NCBI GenBank assembly: GCA_965277795.1
Contig: OZ255840.1
Span: 3,493,566 to 3,557,565, forward strand
From: Lapillicoccus sp.
Lineage (GTDB): Bacteria; Actinomycetota; Actinomycetes; Actinomycetales; Dermatophilaceae
Length of the DNA stretch: 64,000 bases
Reading direction: 5' to 3'
Below, piece after piece: positions 56,195-64,000 of this stretch. The number at the start of each line of letters is the position of its first letter. Position 1 is the first letter of the stretch. The position numbers were made by a program, and so were the translations under genes. The notes under the pieces are model-generated. The model was not told the DNA's origin, did not search any database, and saw only the letters and a list, made by a program, of their open reading frames with translations.

Positions 56195-56670
56195 CGACGA
56201 AACCCAGGATTCGTGTCGTGGTCGGGTCGGACTCGGCCGGCTTCGACTACAAGGAGGCCCTGCGAAGGGACCTCGAGGCGAACGCGGACGTCGAGCTCGT
56301 CGCCGACGTCGGTGTCGGTGCCGCCGAGGACGAGCAGACGGCTTACCCGTCCGTGGCCATCGCCGCAGCGCAGATGGTGGCCGACGGGCGGGCCGACCGC
56401 GCCCTGCTCCTCTGTGGCACCGGCCTGGGGGTCGCCATCGCCGCTAACAAGGTCCCCGGCGTTCGCGCGGTGACCGCCCACGACAGCTTCTCGGTCGAGC
56501 GGTCCGTCCTCAGCAACAACGCCCAGGTGCTGACCTTCGGGCAGCGGGTCATCGGCCTCGAGCTCGCCCGCCGGTTGGCCAGGGAGTGGCTGACGTACGA
56601 GTTCGACGAGTCCTCCGGCTCGGCGTCCAAGGTCGCCGCGATCAGCGAGTATGAACACACCAGGCACTGA
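56191..56670 (+). CDS. RpiB/LacA/LacB-family sugar-phosphate isomerase (candidate D-erythrulose-4-phosphate isomerase)
   Basis: [18 protein letters not shown]...[21 protein letters not shown] RpiB signature. ATGA overlap with upstream kinase. Confidence 0.85.
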   Translation: MTTKPRIRVVVGSDSAGFDYKEALRRDLEANADVELVADVGVGAAEDEQTAYPSVAIAAAQMVADGRADRALLLCGTGLGVAIAANKVPGVRAVTAHDSFSVERSVLSNNAQVLTFGQRVIGLELARRLAREWLTYEFDESSGSASKVAAISEYEHTRH

Positions 56671-57490
56671 CGAGGCCCAGCTCTCGCCTCGCGGGACTAC
56701 GCCCCCACCCACCCTGATCGCCGTCAGCCTGAAACTTTATTTCGACGTCCCGCGAACCCGCACGTGGTGCGAGCAGGTCGCCTCTCTTGCCTCGACCCAC
56801 CCGGCCATCACGACCGGCGCGACGGAGCTCGTTGTCCTGCCCTCCCTGCCCGCCTTACCTGTGGCGACCGCAGCGCTTGCGGGTTCTCCGGTCCGGCTCG
56901 GCGCGCAAGATCTCTTCCACGAAGACCGCGGTGCCTTCACCGGGGCCACCAGCGGCGCCGACCTCCGGAGGGTCGGGTGCACCTACGTCGAGGTCGGCCA
57001 TTTCGAGAGGCGCACGCTTTTCGGTGAAGACGACCGGACCGTCGCCCTCAAGACCCGTGCGGCCTGGCGCAACAAGCTGACCCCCATCCTCTGCATCGGG
57101 GAACTCAGCAACGGATCGCTCGACGAAAGTGTTACCAGCTGTGTCCACCAGCTCCAGTCCGCCTTAGGGACCCACCTCTACACCGACCCCCACACCGACC
57201 TCGACCTCCCGTCTCGAAGGCTCGTCCTGGCGTATGAACCGTCGTGGGCGATCGGTGGGTCCGAGCCGGCTGCGCCCGACCATGTCGTGGCTGTGGCGCG
57301 TGAGGTGCGCCTCTGGCTCGCGGACCATTGTCCCTCCATCCCCACACGCATCATCTACGGAGGAAGCGCGGGAGTCGGTCTGCTCACCGACCTCGGAACC
57401 GCCGTCGACGGGCTGTTCCTCGGGCGGTTCGCCCACGACATCACCGGATTGAGCAAAATTCTGGACGAGACCGTTCACGAGCCCGCTTGA
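56651..57490 (+). CDS. Triose-phosphate isomerase family protein (TpiA2-like, candidate erythrulose-phosphate isomerase)
   Basis: TIM-barrel motifs [13 protein letters not shown] and IIYGGS. 20-nt overlap with rpiB-like gene. N-terminal extension relative to canonical TpiA. Confidence 0.8.
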   Translation: MNTPGTDEAQLSPRGTTPPPTLIAVSLKLYFDVPRTRTWCEQVASLASTHPAITTGATELVVLPSLPALPVATAALAGSPVRLGAQDLFHEDRGAFTGATSGADLRRVGCTYVEVGHFERRTLFGEDDRTVALKTRAAWRNKLTPILCIGELSNGSLDESVTSCVHQLQSALGTHLYTDPHTDLDLPSRRLVLAYEPSWAIGGSEPAAPDHVVAVAREVRLWLADHCPSIPTRIIYGGSAGVGLLTDLGTAVDGLFLGRFAHDITGLSKILDETVHEPA

Positions 57491-57590
57491 CCTAGACTGG
57501 GCCGGCCCTGAGCGGGAGCAGGTCATCCGCCCGGACCCGCACTGTAACTTCACCTGTCTCTGCACGCGAAGGCGAGTTGACCACACCATC

Positions 57591-58430
57591 ATGAGCGCGG
57601 TGTCGGGAGACGCACGACGCCCCCGCCAGGTCGACAGACAGGCGAGGATAGTCGAGGCTGTCATGGCCGACGGCACCATCAGGATCGAGCGGCTGGCCGC
57701 AATGTTCGACATCAGCCTGATGACGGTGCACCGCGACCTCAACGAGCTGGCAAGTCGGGGGATCCTCCGTAAGAGCCGAGGAGTGGCCACGGCCACCTCC
57801 ACCATCCTCGTTGAGTCCAGTGACGTCTACCGACTGAGCCACCAGGCCAAGGAAAAGGAAGCCCTCGCTCTCGCCGCCACCGAGCTGGTGGAACCCGGTC
57901 AGGTCATCATCCTCGACGACTCGACGACGGTCCTGCGGATGGCCCCCCACCTCGAGAGCAAGGCCCCGCTCACCGTCGTGACCAACGTCCTCACCCTGAT
58001 GAGCGAGCTGCGCGGGACCAAAGGCCTCACCCTGATCGGTATCGGCGGGCAGTATTACAGCTGGTGCAACGCGTTCATGGGACCCCTGACGACGCAGGCG
58101 CTGTCGGAGCTGCACGCCGACACCGTCTTCCTCTCGACTTCAGCGATCACCCGCGACGTCGCGTTCCACCAGGTCACCGAGACCATCGCGACCAAGCGAG
58201 CCATGCTCAACTCGGCCAACCACAAGGTCCTGGTGGTCGACCACACGAAATTCGATCGGCAGGCGCTATATGCGCTCGCACCCCTGACGGCCTTCGACAC
58301 CGTCGTGGTCGACGACGCCACACCTATGGCGGACATCGAGCGCATGAGGAGCAAGGACATCCACGTCATCGTGGCCCCCACCATGGCCACGGCACGCCGA
58401 GCACGTCACAAAACCAGCACCACGACCTGA
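57591..58430 (+). CDS. DeoR/GlpR-family transcriptional regulator
   Basis: N-terminal HTH (IERLAAMFDISLMTVHRDLNELASRGILRK). C-terminal DeoR sugar-binding domain. Confidence 0.85.
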   Translation: MSAVSGDARRPRQVDRQARIVEAVMADGTIRIERLAAMFDISLMTVHRDLNELASRGILRKSRGVATATSTILVESSDVYRLSHQAKEKEALALAATELVEPGQVIILDDSTTVLRMAPHLESKAPLTVVTNVLTLMSELRGTKGLTLIGIGGQYYSWCNAFMGPLTTQALSELHADTVFLSTSAITRDVAFHQVTETIATKRAMLNSANHKVLVVDHTKFDRQALYALAPLTAFDTVVVDDATPMADIERMRSKDIHVIVAPTMATARRARHKTSTTT

Positions 58431-58614
58431 GGCGACCAGTCACCGCAGGGTCCCCTCTGCGGCTTCCGGCGAAGGCTGTCGATGCTGCGCCGGGTCGTGC
58501 TCCCCCTGTGGGCGCGCTCCGCCAGTTTCCGTGCGGCCGTCACCGTGTCAGCGGTCACCGGACCAGCATCCCCCATCACGTCCTCTCGGACCGACGCGCG
58601 CCCGAAGGCGCACC

Positions 58615-61600
58615 TCAGAGCGAGATCGTGTCCGCGTAGACCAGGCGCGGCACCTGGATGGGGGGCGCCCCCGGGTCGGTCTGCTCCAGGTCGTCGGCGT
58701 CCAGCAGCTCGTGCTCCTCGACCAGCACTCGCCAGCTCGAAGGACCACCAGGAGTCCGTAGGGGCGGCACACCGGCGGCGTCGCCCGCAGGCGTACCCGC
58801 CTCCGCGGGTAGCTTGACCTCCCCCGTCCACGTCGCTTTGAAGGAAGGTCCATCCGTCACCGACACCGCCCGGATCTCCGCGGTCGTCCACGTCTGCCAG
58901 CCCAGGTCGCCCGCTCCCGCAGGCATGCTCTGCACGGAGATCCGCACGGTACGCGTCTGACGCAGCCGCCCGGCGAGGATGCCCGCCTGGCCTGTCGGAG
59001 TGTCACCGGTGATCTGCTCGTCCGGGCCGAGGGCGTCGAGGCTGGCGTTGGGGTTGCCAGGCAGACGCAGGTACGACACGGTCCCCGACAGCGTGACCTG
59101 GACGCGGCCCGGGTCGAGCCGGCTCACGGTCACCATCCGGGTCGGCAGCGGCTGCGCCCATGACGTCAACGCGATGGGCGACAGCTCATACCCGCTCAGC
59201 GAGCTGGGCTGGTACCGCACGACCGCGAGCCTGACGAACGGCCACAGCGTCGGCCCGTCCTCCATGGCCACGTCGACGAACCAGCGTTTCGTGTCAGTGT
59301 CGTACTCCGGAACGTATCCGTATACCCCTGCGATCGGCGCCCCGCGCACATCGACGAGGGGCAACGCTTCGGCAATGGCAACCGGGCGAGCCGCCTCGGG
59401 AGTGATCGGCATCGAGCCCTGAGAGACCGTCCGTAGCAACAGCTCTCGGAACTGGACCAACGGCGGGTTGGTCGCCCCCGTGAGGCCCGGCACCGGCCCA
59501 CCCAAGGCCGCGATCGGATCGGCCCCCCACAGGCTGGTCGCAGCGTCGGGTGCCTGCAGCGCCTTCAGCCGCTGCTGCCCCGGATGATCGGGGTCCGGCT
59601 CGAAGGGGTTGAAGACCAGGACACCCAGCAGCTCGCCGTCGCCGGAGGAGAACCACGGACGCTCGAGCCAGATGCGTATGCCGGACCGGCGGGTCTGTCT
59701 GACCGCGAACGGCTCGGCGGGTTCGACCTGTTTCTCCCAGCGCAGCAGCGGCACGGTGTCGACCACGTGGACCGCGGCAGGCCGGGCACTGCTCTTGATG
59801 TCGAGGGTGACCGGTTCCCCTGCCAAAGTTGGGTCGTCGTCCGCGGGAACGTCGGCGGCGTCGAAGAACTCTCGGTATCGAGTCGTTCCACTTGGCGTGT
59901 AGGTCACGACGCGGTGGTGCGTGTCGGGAAACTTCTGGATGGCGGCGTGTAGACCGATGCTCCCCTCGGCGAGGTCGACGCCCGGGACGCCCGTCCCGAA
60001 AGGCAGGAAGTCGATCAGGCTGAGCAGCCCGGCCCGCTCGGTCTCCGCTACCGGTGAGTTGACGACGATGTCGTTCCGCGCGAGCACCGTCGGCCCGGCG
60101 GTCGACAGCTCGTCGGCCGTCTCCGTCCACGTGGCCCGGACCAGAAGCCGGTCAGTGCTGGCCCCGTGCAGGTCGACGACACCCGCCAGCGCGAGCACCC
60201 CACGCCCCGGGGGTCGCATCGCGACGGTGAGGGCGGTGATCTGCGGCGGCCGGACCGGCTGAGGTACGGCATGCACCAGCCGCAGTCCGGTCGAGGGAGT
60301 GAGCCACCAGGTCCACCCCGAGGATGCGGCACGCAGCAGTGCCACGGCCGCAGCCAGGTCGTCCTGGGACGCACCCCCGTCGCCGTCCGGGTCGATCGTG
60401 CTCGCATAGTGGGAGCGCCAGAGACCGAAACGAGCCAGGTCGTCGATGCGGATCGAGCTCGACAGCCAAGCGCGCACCTGCTCGCCCCGCGGCACCGTGA
60501 CGTGCACCTCGTGGCCGTCCACCCGGGCCTGCAGCGTCGCGCCCGGGTCGGTGCTGCGATCGAGAACGACACGCAGCGGTTGGACGCTGGGCCACCCTCC
60601 CGGATAGGGGACCGTCACCGACTGGAGCACTCGAGGTTCGGGGAGCGTGTGCGGCGCGCCGGCCTCGTAGAAGACCAGCGTCGCCCCGGACGCGTACGGG
60701 TCGGGCAGGTATGGCAGGCGCAGACCGTCTGTGTCGTGAACGACGTACTGCCCCTCCCCCAGGGCGATGCCCCGGTGGTCGGTGATCTCATCAAGGGTCA
60801 CGGCGGTCGCAGGGTCGGCTCCCGGGCGCGAGACGAGAGCGATCCCCGGCTGCACGACGGGCGCGTTCGGGTCGTCGAGGTTGGGGGCGAGTTTGTCCAG
60901 CAACGTGCCGCGTTCGACGAGGGCCGTCCGGTATGCCTCGGCAACCGCTGCGCCGTCGGCGGTCCCGATCGCCGCGTCGAACCGACCTGCGGTCTCGGCC
61001 TCCATCTGGGTCGCCTTGGGCGGTGCGACGTGGCGCTCCGACGTCGACAGGTCGTCGCCGGCGGTAGGGGTGGCGGCGGCGTTGAACGACCGGACCACCA
61101 GTCGGGACAGCTGCTCGCCCGTGCCCAAGGTCGTCCGGGCGACGATCGCGGGGAACGGCACCGGGTCCCAGCGGAGGTAAGGCCGCGGGGCGGTCACGGT
61201 CCGGTTGCGCAGAAAGATCGGCGGTACGGCGGGTCGTGCGTCACCGGGCACAGCACCCTCTGCGCCGACCGAGCCGTCAGTGCCGTCAGCGCCCTCAGAG
61301 CCCTCAGAGCCCTCAGAGCCGTCACTGTCCTCGGCCCCGGCAGCGTCGTCGATGTCCTCGGCCCCGCCGGCGGCGAGCTCCGCGAGGATCACCGGGTCCA
61401 CGTGCAGCTGAGGGCGAACGCGCCAGGGCCGGTCTGCTGACGCGAAATGCCGGACCGCCTCAGACACCCGCTGGAAATCGTCCAGTCGCGCACCCGAGGT
61501 TCCCACAGAAGAGCCAGCACCAGCCGAACGTTGTGCGAGCACCGTTGCCACACCGAGCATCTGGGCGAAGGTGTGGTCTGCTCCGTCGTCACCGGTGCGC

Positions 61601-63741
61601 AGCGGCTCCGGCAGCGCCTCTGCACCCCCCAGGTCAGGCGTCTCGCCCTCTGCGTTGTCTGCACCCTCCGAGGCAGCACCCGACCCTCCACCAAGATGAG
61701 CCAGCACGGCCGGGCGAAGAGACTCGGCGAGGCTGCTCGCGTCACGCCGGGCGTATGACTGCCGAAGTTCAGCCAGATGCTGTCCTGCTGCCGCGACCTC
61801 CCGCTCCCCGATTGCCCGCGGACCAGCCAGAGGTGGCAGGCCGAGGGGAGGCCGGCCGACCCACGGGAGCGTGACCTGCGGCACCGTGTTGCCTGCGAGG
61901 TCAACACCGAGGATGCGGAACGCATATGTCGTCCCGTAGCGCAGCCGGGGAAGGGACCCGGGCTCGACGCGGGTGTGCGTGTGGATGCCGCCCGCCGACG
62001 TGTCACCGTTCGCATCCTCACCACGGTCGACGACAGCTTCGGTGCTGCCGTCCGGGCCAGGGGGCTCGACGTGGACGATGACCTTGCCCGGTCGCGGCGC
62101 CGAGAGGCTCCACCCGTCCCAGCCTGCGACGACCTCGTGGATGTAGTAACCGTTGGTGGTGTCACCAGGAGCGCGGTTCAGCGCCGACAGCTGGAGGAAA
62201 CCGACGTCTTCGGCGTCATCGAGCACCGGCTCGCCGCCCACGCCGGTCACGGTCACCCGCCGTCGGTGCAGGCTGTGCCACGCCTTGGACACGTCGTCCC
62301 AGACCTCGACACGGATCCCACGAACCAGGTCATCGAACTGCAGCTCGCGCGACCCGTCATCTGCTGCAAGCGCTTCTGCCGCAGCCACTCTCGAGCGCGT
62401 CGCGTCGGCTCGGTCGACCCGGGCCACGGCGAACCCGGTTGATCGCAGCGTGCCCGGTGCAGACGTGGCGGGGTCACCGTTGGCTTCCGAGGCATACTGG
62501 CGGACCAAACCGCGCAGGTGCTGGTCGAGCTTGAGCCCGGAAGCGTCGGGGTCGAGGTCGAGGACGCGCCAGTCGTCGCTTCCGAGCGGGAGCGCACCGC
62601 CGATCCACTCGGTCGACGAGACGGCCCTGAAGACACCCCGGCGCGACAGGACGCTCGTGCGGCGAGGGGGGAGCACGGTCAGGTCTGCACCTTCGGGCAG
62701 GGTGATGCTCACGCTCACCCAGGTCGCACCGCTGAGCAGTGCGGAGGGGTTCGGGTCGTCCACGACGACGTCGACCGCCAGCCCGAGTCGCCGTAACAGG
62801 GCTGGGGTGGACCCGAACCCACCTACTCGGGCGTGGAAGTCGCGGTCGGGCACCGCCAGTCGCGGGGTTGGAGGTGCCTGAGGGTCGGGCTCACGGCGGG
62901 GGGCCTGCTGTGGCTGCTCGGGACGTTCGTAGTAGCGCCGCATGGCATGCGCGTCTGCCAACAGCTGCAGCTGAGGGTCGGCTGACAGGTCCGTGCCGAC
63001 GAGTGTGTCCAGCCGCTGCGTCAACCGGGTGTCCCCGTCGGGATCACCCAGCAGGACCTCGATCGGGGACGGCGTGTCGGTGAACGTCGTGCCATAGGCC
63101 GGCAGCGGGACAGGGACGTCTCCCGGACGGTCGGTGGGGCTCTCGGTGAGCGGACCGATCGTCGTGATGGCGTTGCGGCTGCGTTCACCAAGGATCACGG
63201 TAGCCCGACGCGCGCGTTCGCTCTCGCCCTCACGCAGCTGCCCGACCACTGATGACTGGTCGATCTCGCTCACCCGGTCGAGCAGGGCGGCGACCACCGG
63301 GTTCTGCGCGACACCCGGCGGCAGGGTCGGGGCCGCCGTCAGCGCAGAGATGTGCAGGTCGAGCGCATGGTCGCTCATCCGGTGGGCAGGGTTGGAGTGC
63401 CAGACCTCCTGCGACAACGCAGGAGTGGGGAACCCGGCCACCGGAACCGTCGCGGGAAGGCAGGCCGCCCAGGCCGTGGCGTCCGCGACCGGCGACGAGA
63501 CGACGCGCAGGGGGATCGCCCGCGCCGGATCCACCGACGTGGTGAGCGTCAACATGCTGCCCGCCAGCGTTGTGACCCAGTCGGTCACCGCCGGGAAGTC
63601 GCCGAGCACCGGAACCCGGTCGGGGTCGTCCGGTGGGGGTGGGTCAGGAACCAGCTTGTGGGTGAGAAAGACGGTGAGGTGGAAGGGCGCGTCTGCGTCC
63701 AGCGAGTGTGGCAGCGACGTGGCAAGGACAGTCGCGGTCAC
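58615..63741 (-). CDS. Large (1708 aa) hypothetical protein with acidic in-frame repeats
   Basis: Single uninterrupted ORF. GTG start preceded by GAGGAG. GC3-consistent codon usage. No recognisable domain from sequence. Contains (GCCCTCAGA)n encoding SEGSEGSEG. Confidence 0.6.
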   Translation of the reverse strand: MTATVLATSLPHSLDADAPFHLTVFLTHKLVPDPPPPDDPDRVPVLGDFPAVTDWVTTLAGSMLTLTTSVDPARAIPLRVVSSPVADATAWAACLPATVPVAGFPTPALSQEVWHSNPAHRMSDHALDLHISALTAAPTLPPGVAQNPVVAALLDRVSEIDQSSVVGQLREGESERARRATVILGERSRNAITTIGPLTESPTDRPGDVPVPLPAYGTTFTDTPSPIEVLLGDPDGDTRLTQRLDTLVGTDLSADPQLQLLADAHAMRRYYERPEQPQQAPRREPDPQAPPTPRLAVPDRDFHARVGGFGSTPALLRRLGLAVDVVVDDPNPSALLSGATWVSVSITLPEGADLTVLPPRRTSVLSRRGVFRAVSSTEWIGGALPLGSDDWRVLDLDPDASGLKLDQHLRGLVRQYASEANGDPATSAPGTLRSTGFAVARVDRADATRSRVAAAEALAADDGSRELQFDDLVRGIRVEVWDDVSKAWHSLHRRRVTVTGVGGEPVLDDAEDVGFLQLSALNRAPGDTTNGYYIHEVVAGWDGWSLSAPRPGKVIVHVEPPGPDGSTEAVVDRGEDANGDTSAGGIHTHTRVEPGSLPRLRYGTTYAFRILGVDLAGNTVPQVTLPWVGRPPLGLPPLAGPRAIGEREVAAAGQHLAELRQSYARRDASSLAESLRPAVLAHLGGGSGAASEGADNAEGETPDLGGAEALPEPLRTGDDGADHTFAQMLGVATVLAQRSAGAGSSVGTSGARLDDFQRVSEAVRHFASADRPWRVRPQLHVDPVILAELAAGGAEDIDDAAGAEDSDGSEGSEGSEGADGTDGSVGAEGAVPGDARPAVPPIFLRNRTVTAPRPYLRWDPVPFPAIVARTTLGTGEQLSRLVVRSFNAAATPTAGDDLSTSERHVAPPKATQMEAETAGRFDAAIGTADGAAVAEAYRTALVERGTLLDKLAPNLDDPNAPVVQPGIALVSRPGADPATAVTLDEITDHRGIALGEGQYVVHDTDGLRLPYLPDPYASGATLVFYEAGAPHTLPEPRVLQSVTVPYPGGWPSVQPLRVVLDRSTDPGATLQARVDGHEVHVTVPRGEQVRAWLSSSIRIDDLARFGLWRSHYASTIDPDGDGGASQDDLAAAVALLRAASSGWTWWLTPSTGLRLVHAVPQPVRPPQITALTVAMRPPGRGVLALAGVVDLHGASTDRLLVRATWTETADELSTAGPTVLARNDIVVNSPVAETERAGLLSLIDFLPFGTGVPGVDLAEGSIGLHAAIQKFPDTHHRVVTYTPSGTTRYREFFDAADVPADDDPTLAGEPVTLDIKSSARPAAVHVVDTVPLLRWEKQVEPAEPFAVRQTRRSGIRIWLERPWFSSGDGELLGVLVFNPFEPDPDHPGQQRLKALQAPDAATSLWGADPIAALGGPVPGLTGATNPPLVQFRELLLRTVSQGSMPITPEAARPVAIAEALPLVDVRGAPIAGVYGYVPEYDTDTKRWFVDVAMEDGPTLWPFVRLAVVRYQPSSLSGYELSPIALTSWAQPLPTRMVTVSRLDPGRVQVTLSGTVSYLRLPGNPNASLDALGPDEQITGDTPTGQAGILAGRLRQTRTVRISVQSMPAGAGDLGWQTWTTAEIRAVSVTDGPSFKATWTGEVKLPAEAGTPAGDAAGVPPLRTPGGPSSWRVLVEEHELLDADDLEQTDPGAPPIQVPRLVYADTISL
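61274..61326 (-). repeat. 9-bp tandem repeat (GCCCTCAGA)x3 with GCCGTCAG(T/C) variants, in frame within the 1708-aa gene
   Basis: gccgtcagtgccgtcagcgccctcagagccctcagagccctcagagccgtcact encodes the SDGSEGSEGSEGADGTDG acidic tract. Confidence 0.8.
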
Positions 63742-63789
63742 GATTCGCTCCTCGGGTTGTCAGGGCTGAGACAGGTGTGAGTCATGGCG

Positions 63790-64000
63790 TCACGGGGTGG
63801 GTACGGGAGCCGGCAACGGGGCGAACGCGTCGCAGTAGTCGGCCCAGTCGGAGTTCGTGCCGTCCGCGGACGGAGGCATGATCTGGATCATCGTCGGGTC
63901 ACCCTTGGAACCGGCCAGCCGGCGCTCGCAGCTGACCTCGACGGACGCGGAGAAGAACAGCACCTCGACCTCGATGACGAGTGAGGCGCGTCCGATCAGC
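63790..64000 (-). CDS. Hypothetical protein, 3' portion (5' end outside window), immediately upstream of and co-directional with the 1708-aa gene
   Basis: Open frame ...LVIEVEVLFFSASVEVSCERRLAGSKGDPTMIQIMPPSADGTNSDWADYCDAFAPLPAPVPTP with a stop 46 nt before the large gene start. Confidence 0.4.
   Translation of the reverse strand, partial: LIGRASLVIEVEVLFFSASVEVSCERRLAGSKGDPTMIQIMPPSADGTNSDWADYCDAFAPLPAPVPTP

Noticed and set aside
1-64000. CRISPR arrays, rRNA genes, riboswitches
   Set aside because: No regularly spaced direct repeats of 25-40 bp with unique spacers. No rRNA-like conserved blocks. No recognisable riboswitch cores (e.g. TPP, SAM, cobalamin box) seen upstream of the transporter or metabolic genes.

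Overview
High-GC (about 70%) actinobacterial chromosome segment. Most entries in the six-frame ORF track are frame-shadow artefacts of GC-rich DNA. About 60 genes are supportable. Content, in order along the window: (1) 3' part of a type VII secretion EccC-like FtsK/SpoIIIE ATPase, a PspC-domain operon, PitA, a SulP anion transporter. (2) An IS481-family insertion sequence lying exactly at the CCA end of tRNA-Lys(TTT), with a 15-bp target duplication that regenerates the tRNA 3' end. (3) Housekeeping genes: aldo-keto reductase, two F420/PPOX-class proteins, a GDT1/UPF0016 transporter, an ECF sigma/anti-sigma pair, a PHP-domain protein, tRNA-Glu and tRNA-Asp, DUF202 pair, a NYN-domain protein, an orphan csoR with a perfect TACCCCCTGGGGGTA operator, hbd, an SDR, a secretory lipase. 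(4) tRNA-Phe(GAA) followed by a decayed roughly 10-kb islet: a truncated tyrosine integrase, a class-II Fic protein, an IS630-family element, a DUF2075 ATPase with an N-terminal nuclease-like domain, a MazEF-like TA pair, a decayed VapBC pair, a VOC enzyme, an SPFH protein. (5) recC-recB-recD, followed directly by a complete four-gene Wadjet/MksBEFG-type SMC-like anti-plasmid system (jetA-jetB-jetC-jetD). (6) A tetritol/polyol catabolic cluster: Zn-ADH, DUF2291, sugar ABC transporter, DAK-family kinase, RpiB-like and TpiA-like isomerases, DeoR regulator. (7) A 1708-aa repeat-containing hypothetical protein running toward the window end. Several genes carry in-frame 9-bp (or 6-bp) tandem repeats: recB, jetB, the STP-rich protein, DAK, the 1708-aa protein. 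The most notable system is the Wadjet-like jetABCD operon abutting recBCD. No rRNA or CRISPR array found.
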